In this document: piece by piece, positions 40,804-50,472 of the stretch
Numbering within the stretch: the first letter of the stretch is position 1
How the letters are laid out: every line of letters starts with the position of its first letter
From: Candidatus Omnitrophota bacterium
GTDB taxonomy: Bacteria; Omnitrophota; Gorgyraeia; Gygaellales; Profunditerraquicolaceae
Direction: 5' to 3'
Assembly: GCA_011620275.1 (NCBI GenBank)
Contig: WOZK01000030.1
Coordinates: forward strand, 6,242-70,241
Length of the DNA: 64,000 bases
Made by a program: the position numbers and the translations under genes
The notes under the pieces: model-generated
Seen by the model: only the letters and a program-made list of their open reading frames with translations
Database searches by the model: none
What the model was told of the DNA's origin: nothing

Positions 40804-41260
40804 CTGCACCGACGGTCGGTTTCGTATCATTCCGTTCCGGGACGACGGAAGGTTCCTGCTCGGGCGCCGAAGGAGGAAACAATACCGACAGGCCCTCCCT
40901 CACCGTATTTCTGGCGTAACTGCTGGGGGAGGCTATTTCGATCTCGGTTTTGCCTCCTTCAAGCCCGCGCAGGAAGACACCGGCAACGGTAGTATTCTCG
41001 GCGGACATATAAAACGCTATTACCCCTTCGTTACGCTCCCGGCGGTAAATATACCTGCCTGCCTTCTTCAACTCGGCCAAAACCGCGGTATAAACCGCAT
41101 CGCGATCCCCGGGAACAACCATTTTAACCGACTTTCCCCGGGACGCTTCTATCTCTCTTATCGAAGTCCCCAGCACGCCGCGCATTTTCTCTCCCACAGA
41201 AGCGCATCCGGAAAACAAAATGCTGCCTGCCACCGCCGAAGCTATCAGAATCTTTCTCAT
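40781..41260 (-). CDS. Putative lipoprotein
   Basis: MRKILIASAVAGSILFSGC lipobox; AAGGAGG SD. Confidence 0.8.
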   Translation of the reverse strand: MRKILIASAVAGSILFSGCASVGEKMRGVLGTSIREIEASRGKSVKMVVPGDRDAVYTAVLAELKKAGRYIYRRERNEGVIAFYMSAENTTVAGVFLRGLEGGKTEIEIASPSSYARNTVREGLSVLFPPSAPEQEPSVVPERNDTKPTVGADEQETSG

Positions 41261-41289
41261 CTTTTTCCCGCCTCCTTATAATACGGGGA

Positions 41290-43284
41290 CTACACCAATT
41301 CCCTGATCTGCTGTAAATGCAGTCTGGTCTCCTTTTCTCCTCTTAACGAGAATTCAGCGGCACGGTGCAGGTCAAGCCAAAACAAGCCGGAAGTATCCGG
41401 ATTGATCACAACGTCCGCCAGGGCTGCTTCCTTGCGCGCCAGTTCCGACTGCATATATTCCACGCTGCTGAAAATAAGATTAAGGATATTCAGACTCAAC
41501 CTGCTCTTCAGGAATCTCGCCAACGCAGGGCGTTTCGACTGCTCCTGCGATATCTCTTCCTGCGCGCGTTCCAGCCCTCTGGACAATCTTTCCTTAGAAG
41601 GGGTAACGTTGACGGCGATTATCCTGCGCGCCCCTGACTGTACCAACACTTCCACCGGCAGCGGATGGGCGATCCCCCCGTCGAGCAGAATGTCCCCCCC
41701 GGAAATAAAAGGCCTGAATATCCCCGGCATAGAACAGCTGGTCATTATCGCGTCCACCAGCGAACCGCTTTCCAGTACGCGCGCCTCTTTTCTTCGTATA
41801 TCGCTGGCGACAATCTTCAACGGCAGTTTCACGTCCCTGAAAGTCTTGTTCCCGAGGTGCCTTTTCAGGAACCGGTAAAGCTTATTACCTTTTATAAACC
41901 CTGTCCAGGGAAATGTCAAGTCAATGAGTTTCCATGCGCAGGTATAGTCCTTGAATTCACCGGCAATCTCGAGTATCTCCCCGCTGGATTTACCGGTGAC
42001 CCAGAGGCTGGCAATCACGCCCCCCATGCTGGAGCCGGAAATGACGTCTATCGGGACCTTCTCCTCTTCCAGCACTTTAAGAACGCCCAAATGGCAGAGC
42101 CCGTATGCAAAACCGACGCCCAGGGCAAGGCCGGTCGTGCAGCCGCCGCTCTGTCGGGCGATGCGCCGCACAGCCAGGGAATACCCGGTTGCCGGGTTCT
42201 TCTCCATCTCCAATCCTTCGGCCGGGGGACCTATCACGGGCAGCGTGGCAAAAACACTCCTGTTGAGCACGCCGGCTCTCTCCTCCGGACGCAGACGCGC
42301 ATACCCGTAATCGTTGACTATCAACTTTATATTATCCCTGGAGAAAGATTTTTCTTTCTCCAGCTTGTCCGAGAAATTCCCTGTCTTGCGCAATTCGGCG
42401 AAAGACGGCCCGCTTATTAAATGAAGCGTTTGCGCCTGCCGCAGGAGCCCGGAGACGAATTCGTCTCCGAAAGGCGGCAAGTCTATTATTATATAATGGT
42501 ATTTCGAGAACAGCGAACTGAGGATATCAACCACGGTCGCCGCCGATTCGTCTCCGGTGCCGGTATAATTCAAACACAAGAAATCCAGACCTTCCCTGCC
42601 TTTCATTATCATAGGAGAGACATCGAAACCGCGGTATTGCCTGTAATCCGATAGGTCGAGCTCGGGATAACTATTCCCTGTCCCGAAAATGGCCGGCATA
42701 GCGTGCAGTTTATTCTTATGCCTGACTTCCACCACAAGGATATTCTTTAAAGTCTCCCTGCGCAGGCTGAAGGCCAGGTTGGCGGTATAGAAAGTCTTGC
42801 CGCTGTTGGGGGACAGCCCCATCACCGCGATGATCTCGGTCTCGAAAACCTTTTTGCGCAGGCTGTTCCTGCTCCTTAAACGCCGGGAAAGCGTACGGCT
42901 CAGGTCCAGCCCCATGCGCGGGATCTTCTCCAGGAGGGCCTCGAAATCCGCCCTCTTTATTATCACCAGTCTGCTGTCGTTGAAAGCCTCGGCCGTCACT
43001 GAATGCGATTCTCCGGTCAGGAGGGAAATAATGCCGAAATACTGCCCGCGGTGCAGGTAATCTATAAAGAGGTTCCTGCCGCGGTCATCCCTGAGGTAAG
43101 CCGCCACCCTGCCGGAAAGAACACAGTAGAAAGCTCCCGGAGGGTCCCCGTAGTTATATATGATCGTCCCTTTGGGATAGGCAACGATATCGTATTTCCC
43201 CTCGAGAATCCGGTATTCTTCGGGGCTGAATCCGGCGAAGAAGGGAAGGCTTCTCAATATCTCAATACCGAATTCAGGCGTCAT
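41290..43284 (-). CDS. cNMP-binding + ParA/MinD-like + patatin phospholipase multidomain protein
   Basis: cNMP domain (FYCVLSGRV, YFGIISLL); P-loop-like SPNSGKT and YIIIDLPP; patatin GVGFAYG, GSSMG, DGG. Confidence 0.88.
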   Translation of the reverse strand: MTPEFGIEILRSLPFFAGFSPEEYRILEGKYDIVAYPKGTIIYNYGDPPGAFYCVLSGRVAAYLRDDRGRNLFIDYLHRGQYFGIISLLTGESHSVTAEAFNDSRLVIIKRADFEALLEKIPRMGLDLSRTLSRRLRSRNSLRKKVFETEIIAVMGLSPNSGKTFYTANLAFSLRRETLKNILVVEVRHKNKLHAMPAIFGTGNSYPELDLSDYRQYRGFDVSPMIMKGREGLDFLCLNYTGTGDESAATVVDILSSLFSKYHYIIIDLPPFGDEFVSGLLRQAQTLHLISGPSFAELRKTGNFSDKLEKEKSFSRDNIKLIVNDYGYARLRPEERAGVLNRSVFATLPVIGPPAEGLEMEKNPATGYSLAVRRIARQSGGCTTGLALGVGFAYGLCHLGVLKVLEEEKVPIDVISGSSMGGVIASLWVTGKSSGEILEIAGEFKDYTCAWKLIDLTFPWTGFIKGNKLYRFLKRHLGNKTFRDVKLPLKIVASDIRRKEARVLESGSLVDAIMTSCSMPGIFRPFISGGDILLDGGIAHPLPVEVLVQSGARRIIAVNVTPSKERLSRGLERAQEEISQEQSKRPALARFLKSRLSLNILNLIFSSVEYMQSELARKEAALADVVINPDTSGLFWLDLHRAAEFSLRGEKETRLHLQQIRELV

Positions 43285-44498
43285 TCCGGCAACTCCCCCG
43301 TCCTGCAGACACACGAGAACCACGACGCGCTTTCCCTCGCCCTGCGTTCCTGGGTGGCATAATCCACTTCCACCAGTCCGAAACGGGGAGCGAATCCTTT
43401 ATCCCATTCGAAATTGTCCAGCAATGACCAGTAGAAATAACCTTTAAGATCAACCCCGGCTTTTATCGCGTCCGCGGCGGCTTCGAGATGACTTTTTATG
43501 AAACTTACTCTTTCCCGGTCGTCGGCGGTGGCTATCCCGTTCTCCAGTATGAGCACCGGCAACGCGTATTTCCTGAGGCTAAGCAGTATCTCCGACAGTC
43601 CCCGCGGATAAATATCCCATCCCAATGAATTCTTTTTCCAGGCATTATCGGAACGCGTCCCCGACAAAAGAGACCGGGGGTTACGACTTTCCACGCTCAC
43701 AAGCTGTCTGGTGTAATAATTCAATCCGATATAATCAAGCGTCCCGGCATGAAAAGCGGCGTCCAGGAATATACGGTTGAACATCATATCACGCAAGAAG
43801 ACTCCCAGTTGATTCCACTTTCCGGGCCTCCAGGGCATAAAATACTGCATATGATGAGCCACGCTTACCGAAGGCGCCGTATTTTTATAAGCCCCGCACC
43901 TATCATGTATTATGCGGTAAGCCAGTTCATGCGCCGAGAGCAGATTACGAGAGACCCGCACAGCTTTAATGAACGAACGTTGCTGGGGAGGCCAAACACC
44001 GGTAAGATAAGAATGGTAGGCGTAAACAAGCGGTTCATTCACGGTCACCAAGTAACGGGCTTTGCCAGACAGGACATCGGTCATTTTCTCTATATAACGG
44101 CAAAAGCAGGCAGTATTGGCGCGCTTCAGCCATCCGCCCTTGCGGCTGAACCATGCCGGGCTGGTGAAATGATACAGAGTTACCACCGGTTCCAGATCGT
44201 TGGCGGCAAGAGCGTCCAGAACGGAAGAATAATGGTCCAGGGCGGACTGCGAAAAACGTCCTTCTTCCGGTTCTACACGGCTCCATTCGATCGAGAAACG
44301 GTGGGCGTTATGCCCCAGTGAACGGGCGAGGGCGAAATCTTCCTTATAAAGAGAGAAATGCCGGCAGGCGGCGGAAGATCTATCAAGCCCGCCACCCGAC
44401 TGCTCCCATTGCCACCAATCGTTGAAGAAGTTGTCCCCTTCCACCTGATGAGAGGAAGTCGCGGCACCCCAGAGGAACCCTTCAGGAAAAGTAAACAT
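43281..44498 (-). CDS. Glycoside hydrolase family 1 beta-glycosidase
   Basis: FLWGAATSSHQVEG, RFSIEWSR, catalytic NEP and ENG, YWSLLDNFEW. Confidence 0.96.
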   Translation of the reverse strand: MFTFPEGFLWGAATSSHQVEGDNFFNDWWQWEQSGGGLDRSSAACRHFSLYKEDFALARSLGHNAHRFSIEWSRVEPEEGRFSQSALDHYSSVLDALAANDLEPVVTLYHFTSPAWFSRKGGWLKRANTACFCRYIEKMTDVLSGKARYLVTVNEPLVYAYHSYLTGVWPPQQRSFIKAVRVSRNLLSAHELAYRIIHDRCGAYKNTAPSVSVAHHMQYFMPWRPGKWNQLGVFLRDMMFNRIFLDAAFHAGTLDYIGLNYYTRQLVSVESRNPRSLLSGTRSDNAWKKNSLGWDIYPRGLSEILLSLRKYALPVLILENGIATADDRERVSFIKSHLEAAADAIKAGVDLKGYFYWSLLDNFEWDKGFAPRFGLVEVDYATQERRARESASWFSCVCRTGELPE

Positions 44499-44564
44499 CT
44501 GTAGTTATTATATTTAGCAGCCGGTTCAAAACGGAAGAGAAGTATTCTTATATTATAATATAAA

Positions 44565-44598
44565 CAAAAAAAATCCCAACGTAAAAGTTGGGATTTTT
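44565..44598 (-). terminator. Intrinsic terminator downstream of the riboswitch aptamer
   Basis: AAAAATCCCAAC-TTTTAC-GTTGGGATTTTTTTT on the minus strand. Confidence 0.8.
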
Positions 44599-44647
44599 CT
44601 CAAGTATAAGCCGATAAAGGTGGCATCACAACTTGCTGCCGCACCTT

Positions 44648-44776
44648 TAACCGGTAGCCCAGCCACCATATTACCCACCTCTTTTGACCGTCTTAGCGGC
44701 CTCAACTGAACGTGATGTAACGTAGGTCTGTGGCTTTGCGCCCCCCGGTTTTCCCGAGGTTTACCTTTATCGGCTA
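44648..44776 (-). ncRNA. c-di-GMP-I (GEMM) riboswitch aptamer with enlarged P3
   Basis: AGCCGATAAAGGTAAACCTCGG-GAAA-ACCGGGGGGCGCAAAGCCACAGACCT...ATGGTGGCTGGGCTACCGGTT matches the GEMM consensus; P1 is AGCCG/CGGTT. Confidence 0.88.
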
Positions 44777-44781
44777 CAAAA

Positions 44782-44810
44782 AGTATACCTCATCTCCCCT
44801 GTTTTTTCAA
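44782..44810 (-). promoter_or_regulatory. Sigma70-type promoter driving the riboswitch
   Basis: TTGAAA-17 nt-TATACT placing +1 at the aptamer 5' end. Confidence 0.7.
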
Positions 44811-44836
44811 GGCAGAGCTTTTTATGTAGAGCTTTT

Positions 44837-44904
44837 TTAATCAAGACGCAGAAAACCCCGTTTCTCAAACCGGACTTACCCTTAGTTTGTCTAAGGATTA
44901 CCCG
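44837..44904 (+). mobile_element. Diverged IS200/IS605-end-like element (copy 4)
   Basis: TTAAT-CAAGACGCAGAAAACCCCGTTTCTCAAACCGGACTTAC-CCTTAGTTTGTCTAAGG-ATTACCCG, sharing both flanks with copy 2. Confidence 0.55.
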
Positions 44905-44947
44905 TCTGTGTTATATCTTGGAACCGCTTTTATTGCAACGGAATAGT

Positions 44948-45430
44948 TTATTCCGTTGCAACGGTCCCGGCGGCGGAAGTCAAATGCTTCTCAAGAGCGG
45001 CCCAGGTCTTGGGGCCGACTTTACCGTCTGCCGTCAACCCGTTGGATTTCTGGAATTCCTCTATCGCCGCTTTCGTCTTTGGCCCCACTTTGCCGTCTAT
45101 ATTACCGGAATAATATCCCGCGTTTTTAAGCGCAGTCTGGATGTCCTGGGCGGACGGCTTATACGGCCCTGAAGGAGGTAAAGGGTCCAATACCGGAACG
45201 GCGGCGGCGGAAACCGCTTCAGCCGCCTTCTCTCTGACGGCCGGTGTCTCGGCGAGAAACCTGTTTTCCTGTATCGCAATCTTATTATCCAGTGTCTGCC
45301 CTCCCAAAGAATCAGCCGACATGGGAGCCTGCATCTCTTCAAGACTCTGCTGTTTCTTATTGCACCCGTTTACGGCCAGAAAAGACACGGCCACCGCTAT
45401 CACCGCTGTGAAGATCTTCGTTCTCCCCAT
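44948..45430 (-). CDS. Lipoprotein with C-terminal peptidoglycan-binding domain
   Basis: Lipobox VNGC; IQTALKNAGYY...DGKVGPKTKAAIEEFQKSNGLTADGKVGPKTW. Confidence 0.9.
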   Translation of the reverse strand: MGRTKIFTAVIAVAVSFLAVNGCNKKQQSLEEMQAPMSADSLGGQTLDNKIAIQENRFLAETPAVREKAAEAVSAAAVPVLDPLPPSGPYKPSAQDIQTALKNAGYYSGNIDGKVGPKTKAAIEEFQKSNGLTADGKVGPKTWAALEKHLTSAAGTVATE

Positions 45431-45694
45431 TGTTTCATCTGCTCCTTTCATGAATAATAATGGAACCCCCTCACGCAAAAGCAGGAGGCTCATATTTTCG
45501 GTAAAGCCAAGGCTTTACCGGTACTCGCCGCATATCCGGTTCTACACTTACTCCGAAGACCTCCCTCTACACTCACGCCCAAGGAATAAATTTATTTTAA
45601 ACCTTATTACCGAAAAATCAAATCATATTTAGGATCCCGCTTCGGGCGTCAATCTCCACGCAGCCCTTCCTCATACGCCCGCGCGCTCCTGAAA

Positions 45695-47341
45695 TCAAAG
45701 CTGTTTATCATAGGTAGAATAATAATACGGAGTGAAAGCCTGGAACTCGGCGGCGCAGGTATCAACAAGCTTGAAATCCGGAAGTATACCCAGAGATATT
45801 CTTAAAGAAGATATCTCCTCCTCTTTCTTGCCGGTCAGCAAAGCGATCTGCCTGTCGCTGAACCCCATTTTTTTTACTTCCAGAAGCGTATCCTTGTCGA
45901 GATCGCCTTCTCTCGTTCTCAGGCGCGTCTCCATCTCGACGATCTCCCGTATATTGTGCAGGAACCAGCTGTCGATCCGGGTCAACTCATGGATCGTTTC
46001 GAGTTCCACTCCCGACCGAAACGCATCCGCCAGCAGGAAGATGCGTTCCGGGGACGCCGTCCTGAGCCTCGCGCAAAGGGATTCCTGTTCCCCTTCCGCG
46101 CACCTGCCGAGGCTCTCCAGACCGTATTTATTTATCTCCAGGGAACGCAACCCCTTCTGCAGGGCCTCCTTAAAGGTCCTGCCTATGGACATAGTTTCAC
46201 CCACCGATTTCATTGAGACCGAAAGCACCGGATCCGCCGAAGGGAACTTCTCAAAAGTGAATCTCGGTATCTTCACCACGCAATAATCTATGGCCGGCTC
46301 GAAACAGGCCGGGGTCTTCAGTGTTATGTCGTTGGCGATCTCGTCAAGCGTATATCCGACCGCGAGCCTGGCGGCGATCTTGGCGATGGGAAAACCCGTG
46401 GCCTTGGAGGCCAATGCCGAACTCCTGGAAACGCGGGGATTCATTTCTATAACCACCATCCTGCCGTCGACGGGATTGACCGCGAACTGTATGTTGGATC
46501 CGCCGGTCGAGACACCTATCTCGCGTATACAGGCGATCGCCGCGTCGCGCATACGCTGATATTCCTTATCCGTAAGAGTCTGCGCGGGGGCCACGGTTAT
46601 GCTGTCCCCTGTATGCACTCCCATCGGGTCGAGATTCTCTATAGAACAGACGACCACGACGTTATCCTTAATATCGCGCATCACCTCCAACTCATATTCC
46701 TTCCAACCGGAAACCGATTCTTCTATGAGTATCTCGCTAATCATGCTCGATTCCAGCCCGCGCTTGGCCAAAACGCGGAATTCTTCGGCATTGTAAGCTA
46801 CGCTTCCGCCGGTGCCGCCGAGAGTGAAACTGGGCCTGATGATCACGGGAAAACCCACATCCTGCGCCACTCTCAATGCCTGTTGCAGATTGTAAGCCTT
46901 GTTGCTTTTCGGAAGGTCGAGCCCAATCCTTATCATCGCCTCCTTGAAAAGCCTCCGGTCTTCGGCCTTCTTTATGGCCTTTATATCGGCGCCGATCAAT
47001 TCCACGCGATATTTCCTGAACACCCCGCGCGCGTCCAGCTCCACCGCCGTGTTCAAAGCGGTCTGCCCGCCGAGGGTCGGCAGCAACGCGTCCGGTTTCT
47101 CCCTCGCGATGATGCGTTCCACGATCTCCGCGGTGATAGGCTCTATATAAGTCCTGTCGGCGGTATCCGGATCGGTCATGATGGTGGCCGGATTGGAATT
47201 AACCAAAACCACCCGGAACCCTTCCTGCCTCAACACCTTGCAGGCCTGGGTGCCGGAATAATCGAACTCGCACGCCTGGCCGATCACGATCGGGCCGGAA
47301 CCGATAATAAGTATTTTCTTTATGTCGGTGCGCTTAGGCAT
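45695..47341 (-). CDS. carB: Carbamoyl-phosphate synthase large subunit, N-terminal half (split CarB)
   Basis: [34 protein letters not shown]; ends at DTCAAEF...YYYSTY after 548 aa. Confidence 0.95.
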   Translation of the reverse strand: MPKRTDIKKILIIGSGPIVIGQACEFDYSGTQACKVLRQEGFRVVLVNSNPATIMTDPDTADRTYIEPITAEIVERIIAREKPDALLPTLGGQTALNTAVELDARGVFRKYRVELIGADIKAIKKAEDRRLFKEAMIRIGLDLPKSNKAYNLQQALRVAQDVGFPVIIRPSFTLGGTGGSVAYNAEEFRVLAKRGLESSMISEILIEESVSGWKEYELEVMRDIKDNVVVVCSIENLDPMGVHTGDSITVAPAQTLTDKEYQRMRDAAIACIREIGVSTGGSNIQFAVNPVDGRMVVIEMNPRVSRSSALASKATGFPIAKIAARLAVGYTLDEIANDITLKTPACFEPAIDYCVVKIPRFTFEKFPSADPVLSVSMKSVGETMSIGRTFKEALQKGLRSLEINKYGLESLGRCAEGEQESLCARLRTASPERIFLLADAFRSGVELETIHELTRIDSWFLHNIREIVEMETRLRTREGDLDKDTLLEVKKMGFSDRQIALLTGKKEEEISSLRISLGILPDFKLVDTCAAEFQAFTPYYYSTYDKQL

Positions 47342-48443
47342 TTTTCTTCCCGCGGCATTTGTGTTTCGCTACCGAATCTACGAAAGAAACGAAGAGATAG
47401 GCGGCGTCGTGCGGCCCCGGGGACGCCTCCGGATGGAACTGGACGGAAAAAACAGGTAGTTTCCTGTGTTTCATCCCCTCATGCGTATCGTCGTTAAGGT
47501 TTAGATGAGTAACCTGCAGCTCTTTTTCGTTCAACGATTTCATATCTACGCAAAATCCGTGATTCTGCACGGTAATAGCCACTTTACCGCTGTTCAAATC
47601 CTTAACCGGATGATTAGCTCCGTGATGCCCGAACTTTAATTTATAAGTCTTACCGCCGAAGGCCAGGCCGAGCATCTGGTTACCGAGACAGATACCGAAC
47701 ATGGGAATACCGGAGGATGCCAGTTCCTTGACCGTGCCTATAACGTAGGTCACCGCCGCGGGATCGCCCGGACCGTTGGAAAGCATAATGCCGTCCGGTT
47801 TCCAGGACAGTATATCCGAAGCGGAGGTAGCGGCGGGGAAAACCCGGATCCGACAGCCGAGCCCGGCAAGGATACGCATGATGTTGTATTTCACACCGCA
47901 GTCCAGGACAGCCACTTTATATTTCCCCTTGTCGTTCCAATCATAAGCTTGCCGGCAGGAGACTTCCTTTACAAGATCGATGCCCACAAGGCCGCTCCAG
48001 GAACGGGCCTTTTCCAGCAGCGCCGGCACGTCATCGCAGGCCGTCCCGGCGGCGATAACGGCTTTAAGCGCTCCGGCCTCCCGTATGCGTAGTGTAAGCG
48101 CGCGAGTATCCACTCCCTCCACCGCGGGTATGCCGTGCGCGCAAAGATAATCCGGCAACGAACTTTTCGACCTCCAGTTACTGGCAATCCTGCTGCATTC
48201 TTTAACCACGAAACCCTCCACGAAAGGCCGGCCGGATTCCGCGTCTTCTTCATTTATGCCGTAATTGCCTATCAAAGGGTAGGTCATAGCTACTATCTGC
48301 CCCTTATAGGAAGGATCGGTAATTATCTCCTCATACCCGAACATGCTGGTATTGAAGACGATCTCCCCGCAGCGGACCCCCTGCGCTCCGAACGATCTCC
48401 CCCGGAATACGCTGCCGTCTTCCAGGACTAAAGCAGCCTGCAT
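47334..48443 (-). CDS. carA: Carbamoyl-phosphate synthase small subunit
   Basis: LEDG, TDPSY, SNGPGDP, GICLG, QNHG, QFHPE. Confidence 0.97.
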   Translation of the reverse strand: MQAALVLEDGSVFRGRSFGAQGVRCGEIVFNTSMFGYEEIITDPSYKGQIVAMTYPLIGNYGINEEDAESGRPFVEGFVVKECSRIASNWRSKSSLPDYLCAHGIPAVEGVDTRALTLRIREAGALKAVIAAGTACDDVPALLEKARSWSGLVGIDLVKEVSCRQAYDWNDKGKYKVAVLDCGVKYNIMRILAGLGCRIRVFPAATSASDILSWKPDGIMLSNGPGDPAAVTYVIGTVKELASSGIPMFGICLGNQMLGLAFGGKTYKLKFGHHGANHPVKDLNSGKVAITVQNHGFCVDMKSLNEKELQVTHLNLNDDTHEGMKHRKLPVFSVQFHPEASPGPHDAAYLFVSFVDSVAKHKCRGKKNA

Positions 48444-48445
48444 GT

Positions 48446-50050
48446 TTACCTCTTTATTTTTAAAGCGCACCTGATAAAATCGCGGAATATCGGATGGGCC
48501 TTGTCGGGTTTCGACTTGAATTCAGGATGAAACTGCACCGCCATGAAGAACGGATGGCCGGGCAGCTCCACGATCTCGACAAGGTTCTTTTTCGGGTAAA
48601 TACCGGAGAAAACCATACCTTTCTTCTCCATCAAACGGCGGTATTTATTGTTGAATTCGTATCTATGCCGGTGCCTTTCTTCTATCAGCCTTTTTCTGTA
48701 ACAGCACTGTGCCCGGGTATTCGGCGATATCTGGCAGGGATAAGCGCCCAGGCGCATGGTACCTCCCATATCCTCAACGTCTTCCTGTTCCTTTAGAAGG
48801 CTGATCACCGGATCTTGGGTATTAGGGGCGAACTCGCTGGAATCAGCGCCCTTGAGACCGCAGATATTCCTGGCGAATTCGATGACCGCGCACTGCATCC
48901 CAAGACAGATGCCGAAAAACGGGACGCGCTTGGTCCTGGCATATTCAATACTCTTTATCTTTCCTTCTATGCCGCGGGATCCGAACCCGCCCGGCACCAG
49001 GATACCGCAGACATTACGCAGGTAATGTTCCGCCCCTTCTTTATCAATATCCTCGGAATCTATCTTTTCCACTTCCACTCTGCAGTCGTTCGCGATGCCG
49101 GCGTGCGCCAATGCCTCATAAATAGACTTGTATGCGTCCTGCAGGCCGATATATTTACCTACTACGGCGATCCTGGTCTTGTGGCGGGGGGAAACAGCCT
49201 TCTCTACCACGTTTTTTTCCCAGTTTTTCAGGGTAGAAGGCCTGGCTCTAATGCCGAAATGTTTCAGTATGAGCCTGTCGAGAGACTGGTCCTTGAATAT
49301 CAAAGGGAGCTGATAGATCGAATCCACATCTTTGGCTTCGATGACAGCCTCCTGCGGCACGTTGCAGAAAAGCGATATCTTCTCTTTTAATTCCATCGAG
49401 AGGCTTTTTTCGCTGCGGCAGATAAGGATATCCGGCTGTATCCCTATCTCGCGCAGGGTGCCGACACTATGCTGGGTAGGTTTTGTTTTCATCTCCCCAG
49501 CGACCTTTATATAAGGAACCAGAGTAAGATGGGCGTAAAGAACGTTATTCTGACCGGCGTCCAGCCTGAACTGGCGCACAGCTTCCAGAAAAGGGAGGCT
49601 CTCGATGTCGCCGACCGTGCCGCCGATCTCCACCAGCACCACCTGCGCCCTGGAAACGGCCGCCACTTTCTTGATACGGTCTTTTATCTCGTTGGTAATG
49701 TGCGGGATGACCTGGATGGTCCTGCCGAGGTAATCTCCCTTGCGTTCGCGCGAGATTACGGCGTGATATACCTGTCCGGTAGTGACGTTGTTGAATTTGC
49801 CGGTTTTGGCGGAAGTGAACCGTTCGTAATGCCCGAGGTCGAGGTCGGTCTCGGCGCCGTCGTCGGTCACGTATACTTCACCGTGCTGGTAAGGGTTCAT
49901 CGTGCCGGGGTCAACGTTGAGATAGGGATCGAACTTCATCAAGGCGACACGCAGACCCTGAGATTCCAGTATCTTGCCTATGGAAGCGGCAGTAATCCCC
50001 TTGCCGAGGCTGGAAATAACGCCACCGGTGATGAATATGTATTTACACAT
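48446..50050 (-). CDS. pyrG: CTP synthase
   Basis: [48 protein letters not shown]. Confidence 0.98.
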   Translation of the reverse strand: MCKYIFITGGVISSLGKGITAASIGKILESQGLRVALMKFDPYLNVDPGTMNPYQHGEVYVTDDGAETDLDLGHYERFTSAKTGKFNNVTTGQVYHAVISRERKGDYLGRTIQVIPHITNEIKDRIKKVAAVSRAQVVLVEIGGTVGDIESLPFLEAVRQFRLDAGQNNVLYAHLTLVPYIKVAGEMKTKPTQHSVGTLREIGIQPDILICRSEKSLSMELKEKISLFCNVPQEAVIEAKDVDSIYQLPLIFKDQSLDRLILKHFGIRARPSTLKNWEKNVVEKAVSPRHKTRIAVVGKYIGLQDAYKSIYEALAHAGIANDCRVEVEKIDSEDIDKEGAEHYLRNVCGILVPGGFGSRGIEGKIKSIEYARTKRVPFFGICLGMQCAVIEFARNICGLKGADSSEFAPNTQDPVISLLKEQEDVEDMGGTMRLGAYPCQISPNTRAQCCYRKRLIEERHRHRYEFNNKYRRLMEKKGMVFSGIYPKKNLVEIVELPGHPFFMAVQFHPEFKSKPDKAHPIFRDFIRCALKIKR

Positions 50051-50058
50051 GGTTGTTT

Positions 50059-50174
50059 AAAAAAAAACGTTTCTGAACCGATAGTCCTCCGGTCCACAAA
50101 CGCCATTGTTCCAGATATAGTCAATTCCCGTTGAACCATTGGCTTTAATATAGCACAGACCTGAAGTATGTCAA
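50059..50174 (-). promoter_or_regulatory. pyrG promoter and leader with terminator-like hairpin
   Basis: TTGACA-16 nt-TATATT (extended TG); stem CGTTTGTGGACCG/CGGTTCAGAAACG then T9 just before ATG. Confidence 0.65.
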
Positions 50175-50409
50175 CACAGATTATAAGACCCTGATTACAA
50201 ACCCCTTTTTGCTCCGATTAGGAAATAAATTCTTTAAACAGCACCATAGAGTACCGGTGCTGACGCGGTTTTATTCTATCATAAAAAATGACTTCAAAGG
50301 AAGAAAAGGTTTTCGTTCTTGTGCGCCGGCAAAACGCGGCAGCGGTCAGAGGCTAAGCCCCGCGTACCGCAGCCGTGCATGAGCGGCACCGGGGGCTGTG
50401 CGAGCAGCG

Positions 50410-50450
50410 TAAAAAAACAGGCGCCCGGCTAATATCAGCGGGGCGCCTGC
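50410..50450 (-). terminator. Intrinsic terminator after the glutamate synthase family gene
   Basis: CAGGCGCCC...GGGCGCCTG stem followed by T7. Confidence 0.75.
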
Positions 50451-50472
50451 CTCATCCTAACGCCACACGGCA

